From the NCBI GenBank assembly GCA_009379845.1, contig WHSZ01000020.1:11817-75816 (forward strand): a DNA stretch of 64,000 nucleotides, in the 5' to 3' direction. The stretch comes from Pseudonocardiaceae bacterium (GTDB lineage: Bacteria > Actinomycetota > Actinomycetes > Mycobacteriales > Pseudonocardiaceae). Within the stretch, counting starts at the first letter, position 1, and each line of letters opens with the position of its first letter. Of this stretch, positions 47,010 through 56,950 are shown one piece after another. The translations under genes were made by a program, and so were the position numbers. The notes under the pieces are model-generated. The model worked only from the letters and a program-made list of their open reading frames with translations. It was not told the origin of the DNA and did not search any database.

Positions 47010-48197
47010 CTACTCGGTCGTGCACGGGCCGGTGTTGACCTCGGTGGCCATCCGTGGCGCGGCACGCACCTCGTCCCCGATCTCGCGGGTGGTCAGCACG
47101 AACCCGGTCTCCGGGTCATCGGTCGCCGCACCGAACACCAGGCCGGTGACGTCGCCGTCCGGATCCACCATCGGCCCGCCGGAGTTCCCGCTGCGCACCA
47201 GGGCCCGCACGGTGTACACGTCGCGCGGCACGCTGCCGGACCCGTAGATGTTCGGGCCCTGCAAGCGGATCCGCTGCCGCACACGCGCCGGCGAGGCGGT
47301 GTACGGCCCGTCCAACGGGTAGCCGAGCACGATCGCGTCGTCCCCCGCGACGGCCTCCCGGCCGGCCAGCGGCAACGGCGAGGCGGTCAGCCCAGGGACC
47401 GCGAGCACCGCGATGTCCGCGTCCGGGTCGAAGTGCACCACATGCGCGCTCAGGTCGCTGCCGTTCACCTCCACGGTCACGTCGGTAGTGCCGGCGACCA
47501 CGTGCGCGTTGGTCATTACCCGCTGCGGCGAGACCACCACGCTGGAGCCTTCCAGCGAACGCGAACACGCCGGCGCCCTGCCGTGCACCTTGAGCACGCT
47601 CGAGCGGACGCGCTGCACCGTCGCGCTGTTCTGCAACGCCGGGTCGGGCGGCTGGACCTGGGTGATCGGCGTGCGGGAGAACGGATCGATCGCGGCGGGG
47701 AACCCGGAGGCGTCCAGCAGCGCACCAAGCTCGCCCGGCAACTGCTGCGCGGACGGCGGCATCACCCGGTCCACCCCACCGAGCACCGTGGATCCCTTGA
47801 CAGCCGAAACCAACCCCGGCAGTCCGGTCGCCGACGTCAACGGCAGCGCGATCAGCCAGGCGACCAGGAACACCACGAAGCCCTGAACCAGCGCGCCGAA
47901 CACGCTGTCAACCCCGTCGATCCGCCGCGAGGTGATCTTGCGCTTCAGCTTGCGGCCGACGTAAACGCCGATCGTCTCGCCGAGCGCGACCAGCAACACC
48001 ACGCAAGCCACCGCGAACGCGACCTTGGCCGCGGGATGATCGAAGTACTCGATCAGCAGGGGGGCAAGCCGGATCCCGCCGATCGCGCCGAGCAGCACAC
48101 CGACGAACGCCGGCAACGCGATCACGAAACCTTGACGTGCGCCGGAAATCGCCGCGAGCACGGCTAGCAGCACGACCAGGATGTCGACCCAGTTCAC
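47010..48197 (-). CDS. marP: MarP-family membrane serine protease (CvpA TM domain plus trypsin-like domain)
   Basis: MNWVDILVVLLAVLAAISGARQGF CvpA-like N-terminus with catalytic GNSGGPMV, as in Rv3671c. Confidence 0.85.
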   Translation of the reverse strand: MNWVDILVVLLAVLAAISGARQGFVIALPAFVGVLLGAIGGIRLAPLLIEYFDHPAAKVAFAVACVVLLVALGETIGVYVGRKLKRKITSRRIDGVDSVFGALVQGFVVFLVAWLIALPLTSATGLPGLVSAVKGSTVLGGVDRVMPPSAQQLPGELGALLDASGFPAAIDPFSRTPITQVQPPDPALQNSATVQRVRSSVLKVHGRAPACSRSLEGSSVVVSPQRVMTNAHVVAGTTDVTVEVNGSDLSAHVVHFDPDADIAVLAVPGLTASPLPLAGREAVAGDDAIVLGYPLDGPYTASPARVRQRIRLQGPNIYGSGSVPRDVYTVRALVRSGNSGGPMVDPDGDVTGLVFGAATDDPETGFVLTTREIGDEVRAAPRMATEVNTGPCTTE

Positions 48198-48973
48198 TCG
48201 GTGGCCTCCGCAGTATCCGTTTCGCCGACACCGGATCCGGCAGCAGTCCTGGATGCTTCGGACCGCGCGGCAGCGGCCAAGGCTACGTCAAGCTCGCGAA
48301 CATCGCCGTCATCCCACGGCCGCGCCCAGCCGGCGATGTCGAGCAACCAGGTCAGCAGGCCCGCTGTGAACCCCCACACCAGCATGCCGGGCAGCCCGAA
48401 GGCCGGGCTGCGGTACTGGGATCGAACCTGTACCAGGAAGCGGTTGCGTGGGTCCACCAGCTCGGCCACCGGCACCCTGGCGACCGCGGCGACCTCGCCA
48501 GGGTCGACCACGCTGACCGGGCTCGGCCGGTGCCAGTGCGCGAGAACCGGCGTCACCCGGAAGTTCGAGACCGGAACGTACAGCTTCGGTAGCAACGCCA
48601 CCGGGCGCACCCCGTCCGGCCGCACACCGGTCTCCTCGGCCGCTTCCCGCAATGCGGTGTCCACCGGGCCGCCGTCCTCGGCCTCGGCCGCGCCGCCGGG
48701 GAACGCGACCTGCCCGGCATGCGCGTCACCACCGTCCGCCCTGCGCAGCAGCAGCACATCGGGCAGGGCGCCGGCACCCGCGGTATTCGCCGCGCCCGCC
48801 GGGTTCGCGCCGTTCGCGAACAGCACCAGTACCGAGGCGTCCCGCGGATCACCGTCGTCCGGCGGCAACCTGCGGCTGATCTGATCACCCCGCGCGTGCT
48901 CGGTGGCACGCACCAGGCGTCGCATCCAGCCGGGCACCGTCGCGGGATCCACCAGCGGACCGTGCGTGCTCAT
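48194..48973 (-). CDS. NUDIX hydrolase (CoA pyrophosphatase-like, Rv3672c-like)
   Basis: Nudix box GGAAEAEDGGPVDTALREAAEETGV. ATG 48973 overlaps the tlpA stop (ATGA). The track ORF is over-extended to 49513. Confidence 0.8.
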   Translation of the reverse strand: MSTHGPLVDPATVPGWMRRLVRATEHARGDQISRRLPPDDGDPRDASVLVLFANGANPAGAANTAGAGALPDVLLLRRADGGDAHAGQVAFPGGAAEAEDGGPVDTALREAAEETGVRPDGVRPVALLPKLYVPVSNFRVTPVLAHWHRPSPVSVVDPGEVAAVARVPVAELVDPRNRFLVQVRSQYRSPAFGLPGMLVWGFTAGLLTWLLDIAGWARPWDDGDVRELDVALAAAARSEASRTAAGSGVGETDTAEATE

Positions 48974-49605
48974 CGACCCTCCCGCGCGGGGGAGGCGTAC
49001 CGGGCGAGGGTGTCGCGGACCTGCGCGGCGTCGGTGAACACCCGCGGCTGCCGGACGAACCGCGTCTCGCCGTCCGGGGTGATCACATAGGAGGCTGGCA
49101 GGCCGGCCGGCACCTTCAGCGCCCGTCGCGCCGCCTCGTCCGTGTCGTGGAACATCGGCAGCCGTACGCCGAGCTCGGCGAGCATACTCAGACCGTCCGC
49201 CTCCTCGCTCTGCACCTGCAGCCCGACGACGCGCGCGGCACCGCGCTCCCGCGCGTACGACTGCAGCACCGGTAGCTCCTCGCGACACGGCTGGCACCAG
49301 GTTGCCCACACGTTCACCAGGGTGGTGCGACCGCCGAGCGCCTCGCCAAGGTCGCGCTGACTTCCGTCCGCGAGGCAGCGTGCGTTGACCCCGCGCAGCT
49401 CGGGGACCTGGCCGGCGCCGGAGGCGGGACATGCCCGCAGCGCGGCGTTCTGCCTCGCGGCATCGAGATCCGGGCCGCTGGCTCGCTGCTCGTCGGACGG
49501 CCCCCTCGGCCACAGCGCGACCACCACGGCGAGCAGCAGCACCGCCACGCCGAGTGCCCAGCGCGCCGGCACCGTCAACCCGCGGGGGCCGTCCTCGTCG
49601 CTCAC
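48970..49605 (-). CDS. TlpA-family thiol:disulfide oxidoreductase, membrane anchored
   Basis: [11 protein letters not shown] CxxC motif and a TM helix [20 protein letters not shown] 49605 overlaps the nth stop (GTGA). Confidence 0.8.
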   Translation of the reverse strand: MSDEDGPRGLTVPARWALGVAVLLLAVVVALWPRGPSDEQRASGPDLDAARQNAALRACPASGAGQVPELRGVNARCLADGSQRDLGEALGGRTTLVNVWATWCQPCREELPVLQSYARERGAARVVGLQVQSEEADGLSMLAELGVRLPMFHDTDEAARRALKVPAGLPASYVITPDGETRFVRQPRVFTDAAQVRDTLARYASPAREGR

Positions 49606-50396
49606 TCGCGCACCGCCCCGCGGGGCCTTCGACGCCCTGGCTGGTCGACCTGCTCGGCCAGCGCGAGCAGGTGGTCGGTCTCCGGGCCGCGCACCAGCTT
49701 CGCGGCCGCCACGGGGTCTTCGGGACCGGTGCCGAACGACGGGCACTCGGCGGCGAGGAAGCACGCCCCGCACGCGGGGCGGCGGGAATGGCAAACCCGC
49801 CGGCCGTGGAAGATCACCCGGTGGGACAGCATCGTCCAGTCCTTCCGAGGGACTAGCTCGCCGATCTCGTGCTCCACCTTCACCGGGTCCTCCTCGGCGG
49901 TCCAGCCCCAGCGGCGCACCAGCCGACCGAAGTGCGTGTCCACCGTGATGCCTGGCACCTCGAAGGCGTTGCCGAGCACCACGTTCGCCGTCTTGCGGCC
50001 GATGCCGGGCAGCCTGACGAGATCCTCCAGCCTGCCGGGCACCTCGCCGTCGAACCGCTCAACCAGCGTGCCGCCGATCTTCATCAGCGAGTTCGCCTTG
50101 TTCCGGTAGAACCCCGTCGGGCGGATCAGTTCTTCCAGCTCGGTGCGATCCGCGCCGGCGTATTCGGCGGCGGTCGAGTAGCGCGCGAACAGTTTCGGGG
50201 TGACCTCGTTGACCCGCTGATCGGTACATTGCGCGGACAAGATCGTGGCGACGACGAGTTCGAGCGGGTTACGGAAGTCCAGCTCGCAGTGCGCGTCGGG
50301 GTAACCGTCGGCCAGCGCGCGGACCATCCGGCGGACACGACGGACCAGCGCGAGGTGACTTTCCGTCACCCGTGATCCAGAGCTAGAGCCACTCAT
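49602..50396 (-). CDS. nth: endonuclease III
   Basis: Hh[14 protein letters not shown], catalytic DTH, and a 4Fe-4S cluster [17 protein letters not shown]. Confidence 0.95.
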   Translation of the reverse strand: MSGSSSGSRVTESHLALVRRVRRMVRALADGYPDAHCELDFRNPLELVVATILSAQCTDQRVNEVTPKLFARYSTAAEYAGADRTELEELIRPTGFYRNKANSLMKIGGTLVERFDGEVPGRLEDLVRLPGIGRKTANVVLGNAFEVPGITVDTHFGRLVRRWGWTAEEDPVKVEHEIGELVPRKDWTMLSHRVIFHGRRVCHSRRPACGACFLAAECPSFGTGPEDPVAAAKLVRGPETDHLLALAEQVDQPGRRRPRGAVRE

Positions 50397-50586
50397 GACT
50401 GGCTTTCCTCACTCTTTCGGGGGTCGCTGCGAGCCGTCGAAGACACCCCGCTAGCCTACGGGCGGTGTATGGGGTCTTGGTGTGTACCCGGGACACGCCG
50501 GGTACACGGTACGCGTCCCAAGATCCACGGTGAGCGAGGATGAACACCATGCGTGACGACTCGACCGTGACGGGCAGGTCCTTCGG

Positions 50587-50838
50587 ATGACTGTGTGGCT
50601 GGCGATCGCGGTGCCGTTCGTAATCATGTTCTTCGCACTGTTCATGGAGCGCGTGGAGACACGCCTGCGGCACGTCGCGGTGCAGGAGGAAGAGGTCGAG
50701 GAATTCCTCGAGCAGGCAAGGCCCAACGAGGTCCGGGCGCTGTATGGGCACGGTATCGGGCGCGCGCTCGAACTGTTTCGGCTGCGTAGGCTCGGTGGCA
50801 GGGCAGGCAAGCTGCGTGCCAGGCGGGCCCGGGGGTAG
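50587..50838 (+). CDS. small membrane protein upstream of crp (Rv3675-like position)
   Basis: MTVWLAIAVPFVIMFFALFM TM helix followed by a charged tail. Assigned by synteny only. Confidence 0.5.
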   Translation: MTVWLAIAVPFVIMFFALFMERVETRLRHVAVQEEEVEEFLEQARPNEVRALYGHGIGRALELFRLRRLGGRAGKLRARRARG

Positions 50839-51030
50839 GGTCAGCCGACTGGCGAGAGCAGCCGATCCGTTCGCCGGGTAGCTTGAAGTCTGGCGAGACG
50901 CTCGTGAGGCGTTCATCCAGGGCTCGGCGAGCCAGCGGGCGAATCTCGGCCAACGCCCTACACTGCACGTAGTGATCGGCGACATAGTGGCCTGCCCTGG
51001 CCCGTGTCGCGTCCCAACAGGAGGCACGAG

Positions 51031-51705
51031 GTGGACGAAACCCTGGCCCGTGCGGGCATCTTTCAGGGTGTGGAGCCGGCGGCGGCAGAAGCACTTGCTC
51101 AGACGCTCGAAGCGACCGAGTTCCCGCGCGGACACGTGATCTTCAACGAGGGCGAGCCGGGTGACCGCCTCTATATCTTGCAGTCCGGCAAGGTCAAGGT
51201 CGGCCGCAAGTCCCCGGACGGCCGGGAGAACCTGCTGCAGATCATGGGCCCGTCGGACATGTTCGGCGAACTGTCGATCTTCGATCCCGGTCCGCGGACG
51301 TCCACCGCGACGACGGTGACCGAGGTTCGCGCGCTGACCATGGATCGGCAGGCGTTGCGGCAGTGGATCAGCAATCGCCCAGAGATCGCCGAGCAGCTGC
51401 TGCGTGTGCTGGCTCGCCGGCTGCGCAGGACGAACAGCATGGTCGCGGACCTGATCTTCACGGATGTCCCCGGCCGGGTCGCCAAGGCCCTGTTGCAACT
51501 GGCCCAGCGGTTCGGCTCGCAGGAGGCCGGGCTGCTCCGGGTCACGCACGACCTGACCCAGGAGGAGATCGCCCAGTACGTCGGGGCGTCACGGGAGACC
51601 GTGAACAAGGCACTCGCCGACTTCGCGCACCGCGGCTGGCTGCGTCTGGAGGGCAAGAGCGTGTTGATCCTGGATCCGGAGCGGCTGGCGCGCCGTGCCC
51701 GCTGA
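51031..51705 (+). CDS. crp: cAMP receptor protein (Crp/GlxR)
   Basis: Nearly collinear with M. tuberculosis Crp as I recall it ([15 protein letters not shown]...[16 protein letters not shown]...[13 protein letters not shown]). GTG 51031 follows CAGGAGG. Confidence 0.95.
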   Translation: MDETLARAGIFQGVEPAAAEALAQTLEATEFPRGHVIFNEGEPGDRLYILQSGKVKVGRKSPDGRENLLQIMGPSDMFGELSIFDPGPRTSTATTVTEVRALTMDRQALRQWISNRPEIAEQLLRVLARRLRRTNSMVADLIFTDVPGRVAKALLQLAQRFGSQEAGLLRVTHDLTQEEIAQYVGASRETVNKALADFAHRGWLRLEGKSVLILDPERLARRAR

Positions 51706-51734
51706 CGGTATTCGACCAGCCAGTTCGACATAGC

Positions 51735-51787
51735 GAGAGGGGCCGGGCGCCACCCCCGACGTGGCGCACCGGCCCCTCTCGTTTATG
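51735..51787 (+). terminator. intrinsic terminator of crp
   Basis: GAGAGGGGCCGG/CCGGCCCCTCTC (12 bp) plus an inner GCGCCAC/GTGGCGC (7 bp), followed by GTTTATG. Confidence 0.6.
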
Positions 51788-52131
51788 CGCGGTTCGTCCC
51801 CCGACGTTCCGCGCTCCCCGCCCTCCGGCACATAGGCCCCGACCCTTGGCTCGGAGGGAACTCGTGGTGCGTGTTGAGTTTGCGGAGTCAACGCTTCGTG
51901 ATCACCGTCGATGCTGGGAAGGGCGGCGGCTCTCCGTTACCACCATTGCACGGCCCCTCCCCACCTACTCAAGGCCTGTCACCCTTTAAGACCCTTGAGA
52001 GACGAATTCGTTGCTCGACTTCACCGCGAAATGGGTGCAACGTTATGGAACCGAGACCATCGCGGCGCCGGTGACCGAGCACACCGGGAAATAACTGGTA
52101 CGATCGTACAGTTTTAGGCACACTGGTAGGC

Positions 52132-53388
52132 GTGTCCCAGGAATCCTCGACGAGCCGCGTATCACTGGCCGATTACCGAACGGCGCTGACCGCGCCGGGT
52201 GCCCGCTGGCCGGTGCTCACCTCGCTGCTCGGCCGGTTGCCGATCGCGATGATCGGGATTTCCGCGCTGCTGTACACCCAACGCCAGACCGGGTCGTTCG
52301 CCACGGCCGGGCTGGTCTCGGCTGGCACGTTGATCGGGGTCGCGCTCGGCTCGGTGATCCAGGGCAGGGTGATGGACCGGCTGGGTCCGACCCGCCCGCT
52401 GCTGGCCATGGCCGGTGCCTTCACGGTGGCGCTGGTCGGATTGACCATGGCGATCGAGACGCGCGCCCCGGACGCGACGCTGGTGACACTGGCGGTCGTA
52501 GTCGGGCTGACCCAACCAATGGTGGCCTCCTCCTCCCGGGCGATCTGGACCCGGCTGCTGCCGGCCGGGCCGGCTCGTACCGCGGCGTTCTCCTACGAGG
52601 CGATCAGCATGGAGGTGTTCTTCATCCTCGGCCCTGGTATCGCGGGCGTGCTGATCGCGGCACCGTGGGCGGGCACCGGCCTGGTGGCCGGCGGTGCGTG
52701 CATGCTCATCGGCGCACTCGGCTTCGCGCTCAGTCCCGCGGTGCGGGCGTGGCGGGCGGCGCCGGGCTCCGTCAGCGGTTCGCGCCTGCTCGGCGCGCTG
52801 GCCAGCCCGGGGATGCGCACCGTGGCGGTTGCCGCGCTCGGGTTCGGCGTGGTGATCGGGTTCGTCGAGGTGGCCGTGCCGGCGGCCGCGACCCGCGCGG
52901 GCGAGCCGGCCCTTGGCGGGCTGATGCTCAGCCTGTGGTCGTTGAGCTCGGTGATCTTCGGGGTGGCCTACAGCCTGCGTCCCTGGCCGCGGCCGATGCA
53001 CCTGCGGCTGCCCGTGCTGCTCGCCGGGTTCGCCGCGCTCGTCGCGTTGCTCGCGCTGCCGGGCACGCTGTGGGGGCTGGCCGCCCTGATGCTGCTCGCC
53101 GGCACGTTGATCACGCCGCAGTCCACGGCGCATTCCGCGTCGATCGAGATCGTCTCGTCGCCCGGCGCGATGACCGAGGCGTTCGGCTGGGTGATCACCG
53201 CCGTCACGCTCGGGCTCTCGGCTGGGCAGTCGGTGTCCGGCATCCTGGTCGAGCACGGTGGGCCCGGCCTGTCGTTCCTGGCCGCGGCGGTGGCCGGGCT
53301 GCTGCTCGCCGGCCTGGTGTGGGCCATGCGGCGTACCGTCGCCGCGTCCATCGGTCCGGTGCGAGGCGACGTGGTCGCCGCGCACTGA
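52132..53388 (+). CDS. MFS transporter
   Basis: 418 aa, about 12 TM helices, with an MFS-like loop GRVMDRLGPTRP. Confidence 0.85.
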   Translation: MSQESSTSRVSLADYRTALTAPGARWPVLTSLLGRLPIAMIGISALLYTQRQTGSFATAGLVSAGTLIGVALGSVIQGRVMDRLGPTRPLLAMAGAFTVALVGLTMAIETRAPDATLVTLAVVVGLTQPMVASSSRAIWTRLLPAGPARTAAFSYEAISMEVFFILGPGIAGVLIAAPWAGTGLVAGGACMLIGALGFALSPAVRAWRAAPGSVSGSRLLGALASPGMRTVAVAALGFGVVIGFVEVAVPAAATRAGEPALGGLMLSLWSLSSVIFGVAYSLRPWPRPMHLRLPVLLAGFAALVALLALPGTLWGLAALMLLAGTLITPQSTAHSASIEIVSSPGAMTEAFGWVITAVTLGLSAGQSVSGILVEHGGPGLSFLAAAVAGLLLAGLVWAMRRTVAASIGPVRGDVVAAH

Positions 53389-53443
53389 GCCGCCCGCGGT
53401 TACCTCGCACTGGACGGGACTGTCGGACCCCGTTCCCTCCCGC

Positions 53444-54232
53444 TCAGGATTGCCGCAGGTAGTCCAGCTGGGCACGAACGGACCACTCGGCCGGCCCCCA
53501 CAGCGACGGATCCACGTCGGCGTAGACGTGCTCAACGACTTGCCGGGGGGTCGCTTCGTCGCCGAGCTCCCGCAACGCCGCCCGCACCTGATCCAACCGC
53601 TGCTCGCGATGCTCGAGGTAGTACCGCGCGGTTTCCGCCAGATCCGCGAGCTCCGGCCCGTGCCCTGGCAGGCCGACCGTCCCCGCGGGCACCTCAACCA
53701 GCAGGCGCAGCGACCGCAGGTAGTCGCCGAGCGCCCCATCCGGATGCGCGATCACCGTCGTGCCACGACCGAGCACGGTGTCCCCGGTCAGCACGGCGCG
53801 CACCCCATCGTGCTCGGTTTCCAGGCACACCGAGTCGCCGGTGTGCCCAGGCGTATGCCGCACCCGCAGCCGCAGCCCACCGAGCTGCAGCAGCTCGCCG
53901 TCCTCGAGGGATACCGCGTCCAGGCACAGCACGGGGTCGAACGCGCGCACCGACACGCCGAGCCGGCCGGCAAGCCACGGCGCGCCCTCCACGTGGTCCG
54001 GGTGATGATGGGTGAGCAACACGACCTCGGCCGGCCCGCACCCGGCGACTCGCTCCAGATGCTCGATCTCGTGGTGCCCCGGATCGACGATCACACAGCT
54101 TTCCGAGTCCGGCGCGCGCAACACCCAGGTGTTGGTGCCGTCCAACGTCATCGCGCTCGGGTTGTTCTCAAGCAGCACGGAGGCGAACGGCGTGACCGGT
54201 CGCAGCGAGCCGTACGCGGGATGCTCGAGCAT
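53444..54232 (-). CDS. MBL-fold metallo-hydrolase (Rv3677c-like)
   Basis: LLTHHHPDHVEG metal-binding motif and TPGHTGDS. Confidence 0.88.
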   Translation of the reverse strand: MLEHPAYGSLRPVTPFASVLLENNPSAMTLDGTNTWVLRAPDSESCVIVDPGHHEIEHLERVAGCGPAEVVLLTHHHPDHVEGAPWLAGRLGVSVRAFDPVLCLDAVSLEDGELLQLGGLRLRVRHTPGHTGDSVCLETEHDGVRAVLTGDTVLGRGTTVIAHPDGALGDYLRSLRLLVEVPAGTVGLPGHGPELADLAETARYYLEHREQRLDQVRAALRELGDEATPRQVVEHVYADVDPSLWGPAEWSVRAQLDYLRQS

Positions 54233-54234
54233 GG

Positions 54235-55101
54235 CTACTCCACCTCGTCGTCCTGCCGGGCATCCAGGTGCGTCGGCGCGCTGTCGTAACGCGAGTCGCC
54301 GGGAAGCACCACCCGCAACTTTCTGCCTTCCCGCAGCACCTTCGGAATGATCTTCTTCAGGGTGCGGCCGGCGGTCATCGCCTCGACCACGGTATCGAAT
54401 TCGGTGAGCTCCGACAGGGTCCGCCAGGTGGGCGGTAGCAGCCCGGTGCGCCCGGCCTTCCAGTCGTCCAGCGCGTCCTGGGGGCGAAACCAGCCGGCGG
54501 ACTCGGCCTCACTGGTAGCCCCGTCGGCGCTTTGCCCGTCCGGGAGGGCGGCGATCATGAATCGCGTGTCGTAGCGGCGGTGCTCGACCTCGGGCGTGAG
54601 CCAGTTGGCCCACGGCCGCAACAGGTCGGCACGCAGCACCAGGCCGGCTTCGGCGAGGAAACGCCCGAGGGAAAGCTCCCGGTTCACCAGCGCCGCGCGG
54701 GCCCCGGCGTACGGCGTGGGATCCCGCACCACGGTCCGCGGGTCCGGGCCGGCGAGCAACACCCCGGACTCCTCGAACGTCTCCCGGACGGCGGCGCACA
54801 CCAGAGCCCTGGCCAGCCCGGTGTCACAGTTGAACACCTCGGCCCACCACTCCGGGCCGTTCCCGGTCCACGCCACGTCGGCGTCGGCGTCGGCGCGGTC
54901 CACCCCGCCGCCGGGGAACACGGTCATTCCCGCGGCGAACGCCATCGCGGCCGCCCTGCGTAACAGGAACACCTCCGGACCTCGGTGGGAGTCCCGCAGC
55001 AGCACCACTGTCGCGGCATCCCGCGGGGTAACCGGCGGATCGGGCGGAACCGGTGGAACCATCCCTTCGGGCAGGGCGAATTCCTCGGGCAGCTCGTGCA
55101 C
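54235..55101 (-). CDS. NUDIX hydrolase
   Basis: FPGGGVD...AAVRETFEESGVLL Nudix box with a long insertion. The start is uncertain (GTG 55101 or ATG 55062; the track ORF extends to 55287). Confidence 0.7.
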   Translation of the reverse strand: MHELPEEFALPEGMVPPVPPDPPVTPRDAATVVLLRDSHRGPEVFLLRRAAAMAFAAGMTVFPGGGVDRADADADVAWTGNGPEWWAEVFNCDTGLARALVCAAVRETFEESGVLLAGPDPRTVVRDPTPYAGARAALVNRELSLGRFLAEAGLVLRADLLRPWANWLTPEVEHRRYDTRFMIAALPDGQSADGATSEAESAGWFRPQDALDDWKAGRTGLLPPTWRTLSELTEFDTVVEAMTAGRTLKKIIPKVLREGRKLRVVLPGDSRYDSAPTHLDARQDDEVE

Positions 55102-55310
55102 GAGGATGACCTTATCCTCGGCACACGAAGGTAAGCCGCGGGCGACGTCCGATAAGGTGCGTAACGCGATTAATCGCCGACCACCAGTGACTACCCACGC
55201 AGTGATATCCCGTCGGTGGCGACCCATCGCCAGACAGCTGAGAGGCACCGTGACGATCCACCGGGCTGAGCGGCAGCGCGGGTGCACCGCCTGCGCGGAG
55301 GGGGACTGAT

Positions 55311-56150
55311 ATGCCGCTGTCCGGGGAGGAGATCTACCAGAACTTCCACAACGGCAGGGGTGGCGCCGGGCTGGGCGAGGCTGCCGGGATCGTGCGCAAT
55401 CTCGCGGACAACTACCGGAACCGCGCCGGCAACCTCACCAAGCTCACCGGGTCGCTCGGCTCGGTGTGGTCGGGCATCGCCGGCGGCGCAGCGGGGCGCG
55501 ACGCGGCGCCGATCGCGGAGTCGTTCGCCAGCACCGCGCCGGACATGCACACAGTTCAGGACCTGGTACAACGGCAGGTCAGCTCGTTCGACAGCGCGAA
55601 GAGTTCGGTGCAACCGGTACCGCCCGCGCCGAACAAGCCCGGATTCTGGGAGAACCTGCTCAGCCTCGGCGGAGATACCTTTGAGGCGAGGCAGGCGGCG
55701 CACAACAGCGCCGCGCAGCACAACGTCGACGTGATGAACAACTACGCACTGGCCACCGAGTACAACACGAGTGGCCTACCGGGCGGGACCGGATCAAGCG
55801 GCGCGGTCGTCGCCGGCGTCGGCCTGGCCGGCGCGCAGGTGCCCGGCCTGACCAGCCCGGCTACGCCATCCGGGTCATTTTCCGGGGTGCTACCCATCGA
55901 TGATGAGCACGCCGGTGCCGGGCTCGCGGACGCGGGCACCGGGCCGGACGGGCACGACGGCACTGGATCGGGTGGCGGCGGGACACCTTCGGATGACAAT
56001 CGCGGAAGCTCAGGACTGGCCGGGAGTCCCGTCGGAGGAACCCACGGCGGGGACAACGAACAACGGTGGTCCTCGTTCCTCGTCGATGACGATGCCGGCG
56101 AGGTGTTCGGAACCGACGAATCCACCGCCCCGCCGGTCATCGGCGAGTAA
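55311..56150 (+). CDS. PPE-like (WXG100-superfamily helical N-domain) putative type VII secretion substrate with a Gly/Ser/Asp-rich C-terminus
   Basis: The N-terminus EEIYQNFHNGRGGAGLGEAAGIVRNLADNY...LGSVWSGIAGGAAGRDA fits the actinobacterial PPE-domain pattern. It is followed by an espG-like gene. ATG 55311 follows GGAGGGGG. Confidence 0.55.
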   Translation: MPLSGEEIYQNFHNGRGGAGLGEAAGIVRNLADNYRNRAGNLTKLTGSLGSVWSGIAGGAAGRDAAPIAESFASTAPDMHTVQDLVQRQVSSFDSAKSSVQPVPPAPNKPGFWENLLSLGGDTFEARQAAHNSAAQHNVDVMNNYALATEYNTSGLPGGTGSSGAVVAGVGLAGAQVPGLTSPATPSGSFSGVLPIDDEHAGAGLADAGTGPDGHDGTGSGGGGTPSDDNRGSSGLAGSPVGGTHGGDNEQRWSSFLVDDDAGEVFGTDESTAPPVIGE

Positions 56151-56173
56151 GAAACCCTTCGGGAGCGCCAGCG

Positions 56174-56932
56174 TTGCTTTCAAATCCGGTCACGATCTCA
56201 GCCACGTCGCTGGCCGCGTTGCTGCGCAGGGAACGCATCGGCGAACCGCACATCACGGTGAGCCCGACCGCGATGTGGCTGGATTCCGACGAGCGTCGCG
56301 AAGAGGACAAACGGACAGGCGAGGAGATCGACGGCCTCGAGGTCACCGACCAGCGCGGGTTGGACGTCGAGTTCGCCGCGTCGCTCGCCGTGCTCTGCCG
56401 GCCGACCACCGAGTACTACGGCTGGATCAACGAGGGCAAGACCACGCTCGCGGTGCTCGCAGGGGCCATCGGCAGGGAAGCCGTGCTCGCCGTCCGGGAG
56501 AACGACACCGTCTTCCTCAACCAGGTCCAGCCGGACAAGCTGCCCGAGGCGCTGGTCTCGCAGATCCCCGAGTTCGCGCCCGCCAAGGGGCGGCCGATCA
56601 ACGTCGCGCAGGACGAGGTGCTCGCCGAGGTGGAACGAGCGCGGCAACCGACCGGCGTGATCACTCGCACGGCCAGCCACGCGGTGCGCCAGGTGCAGAG
56701 CATCAGCGCGCTGCCAACCGACGGCGGCGGGGAACTCTACGCCGCCGTGCGGGACAGCGTTGGCCGGCGAACGCACACCGAGCACCCGCTGCGGTACGCG
56801 GACACCACCGAGGGGCGCTGGCTGAACATCACGCTGCCAGGTCAGACCCGCACCATGCTGGTGATCAGCCCTGGGACCCGGCGGGACATCGCCCAGCGGC
56901 TCAGGGACATGCACGGCGCGATTTCCGGCTGA
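56174..56932 (+). CDS. EspG-family type VII secretion chaperone
   Basis: 252 aa. Overall EspG-like pattern (SATSLAALLRRERIGEPHITV...AVLAVRENDTVFLNQVQPDKLPEALVSQIPEF) and its position immediately after the PPE-like gene. Confidence 0.6.
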   Translation: MLSNPVTISATSLAALLRRERIGEPHITVSPTAMWLDSDERREEDKRTGEEIDGLEVTDQRGLDVEFAASLAVLCRPTTEYYGWINEGKTTLAVLAGAIGREAVLAVRENDTVFLNQVQPDKLPEALVSQIPEFAPAKGRPINVAQDEVLAEVERARQPTGVITRTASHAVRQVQSISALPTDGGGELYAAVRDSVGRRTHTEHPLRYADTTEGRWLNITLPGQTRTMLVISPGTRRDIAQRLRDMHGAISG

Positions 56933-56950
56933 GCCTCCGGTGGTTGCAGG

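Noticed and set aside
50839-51030. A search for a Crp autoregulatory site (TGTGA-N6-TCACA) upstream of crp and elsewhere.
   Set aside because: I found only weak partial matches (for example GTGATCGGCGACAT and CGTGAGGCGTTCAT). None has both half-sites at the correct spacing.
55166-55177. The 12-bp perfect palindrome GCGATTAATCGC in the Nudix / PPE-like divergent region.
   Set aside because: It is short, and with the longer candidate Nudix start it may lie inside the coding region. It could be a regulatory dyad or -10-like AT patch, but I have no second copy or partner regulator to support it.
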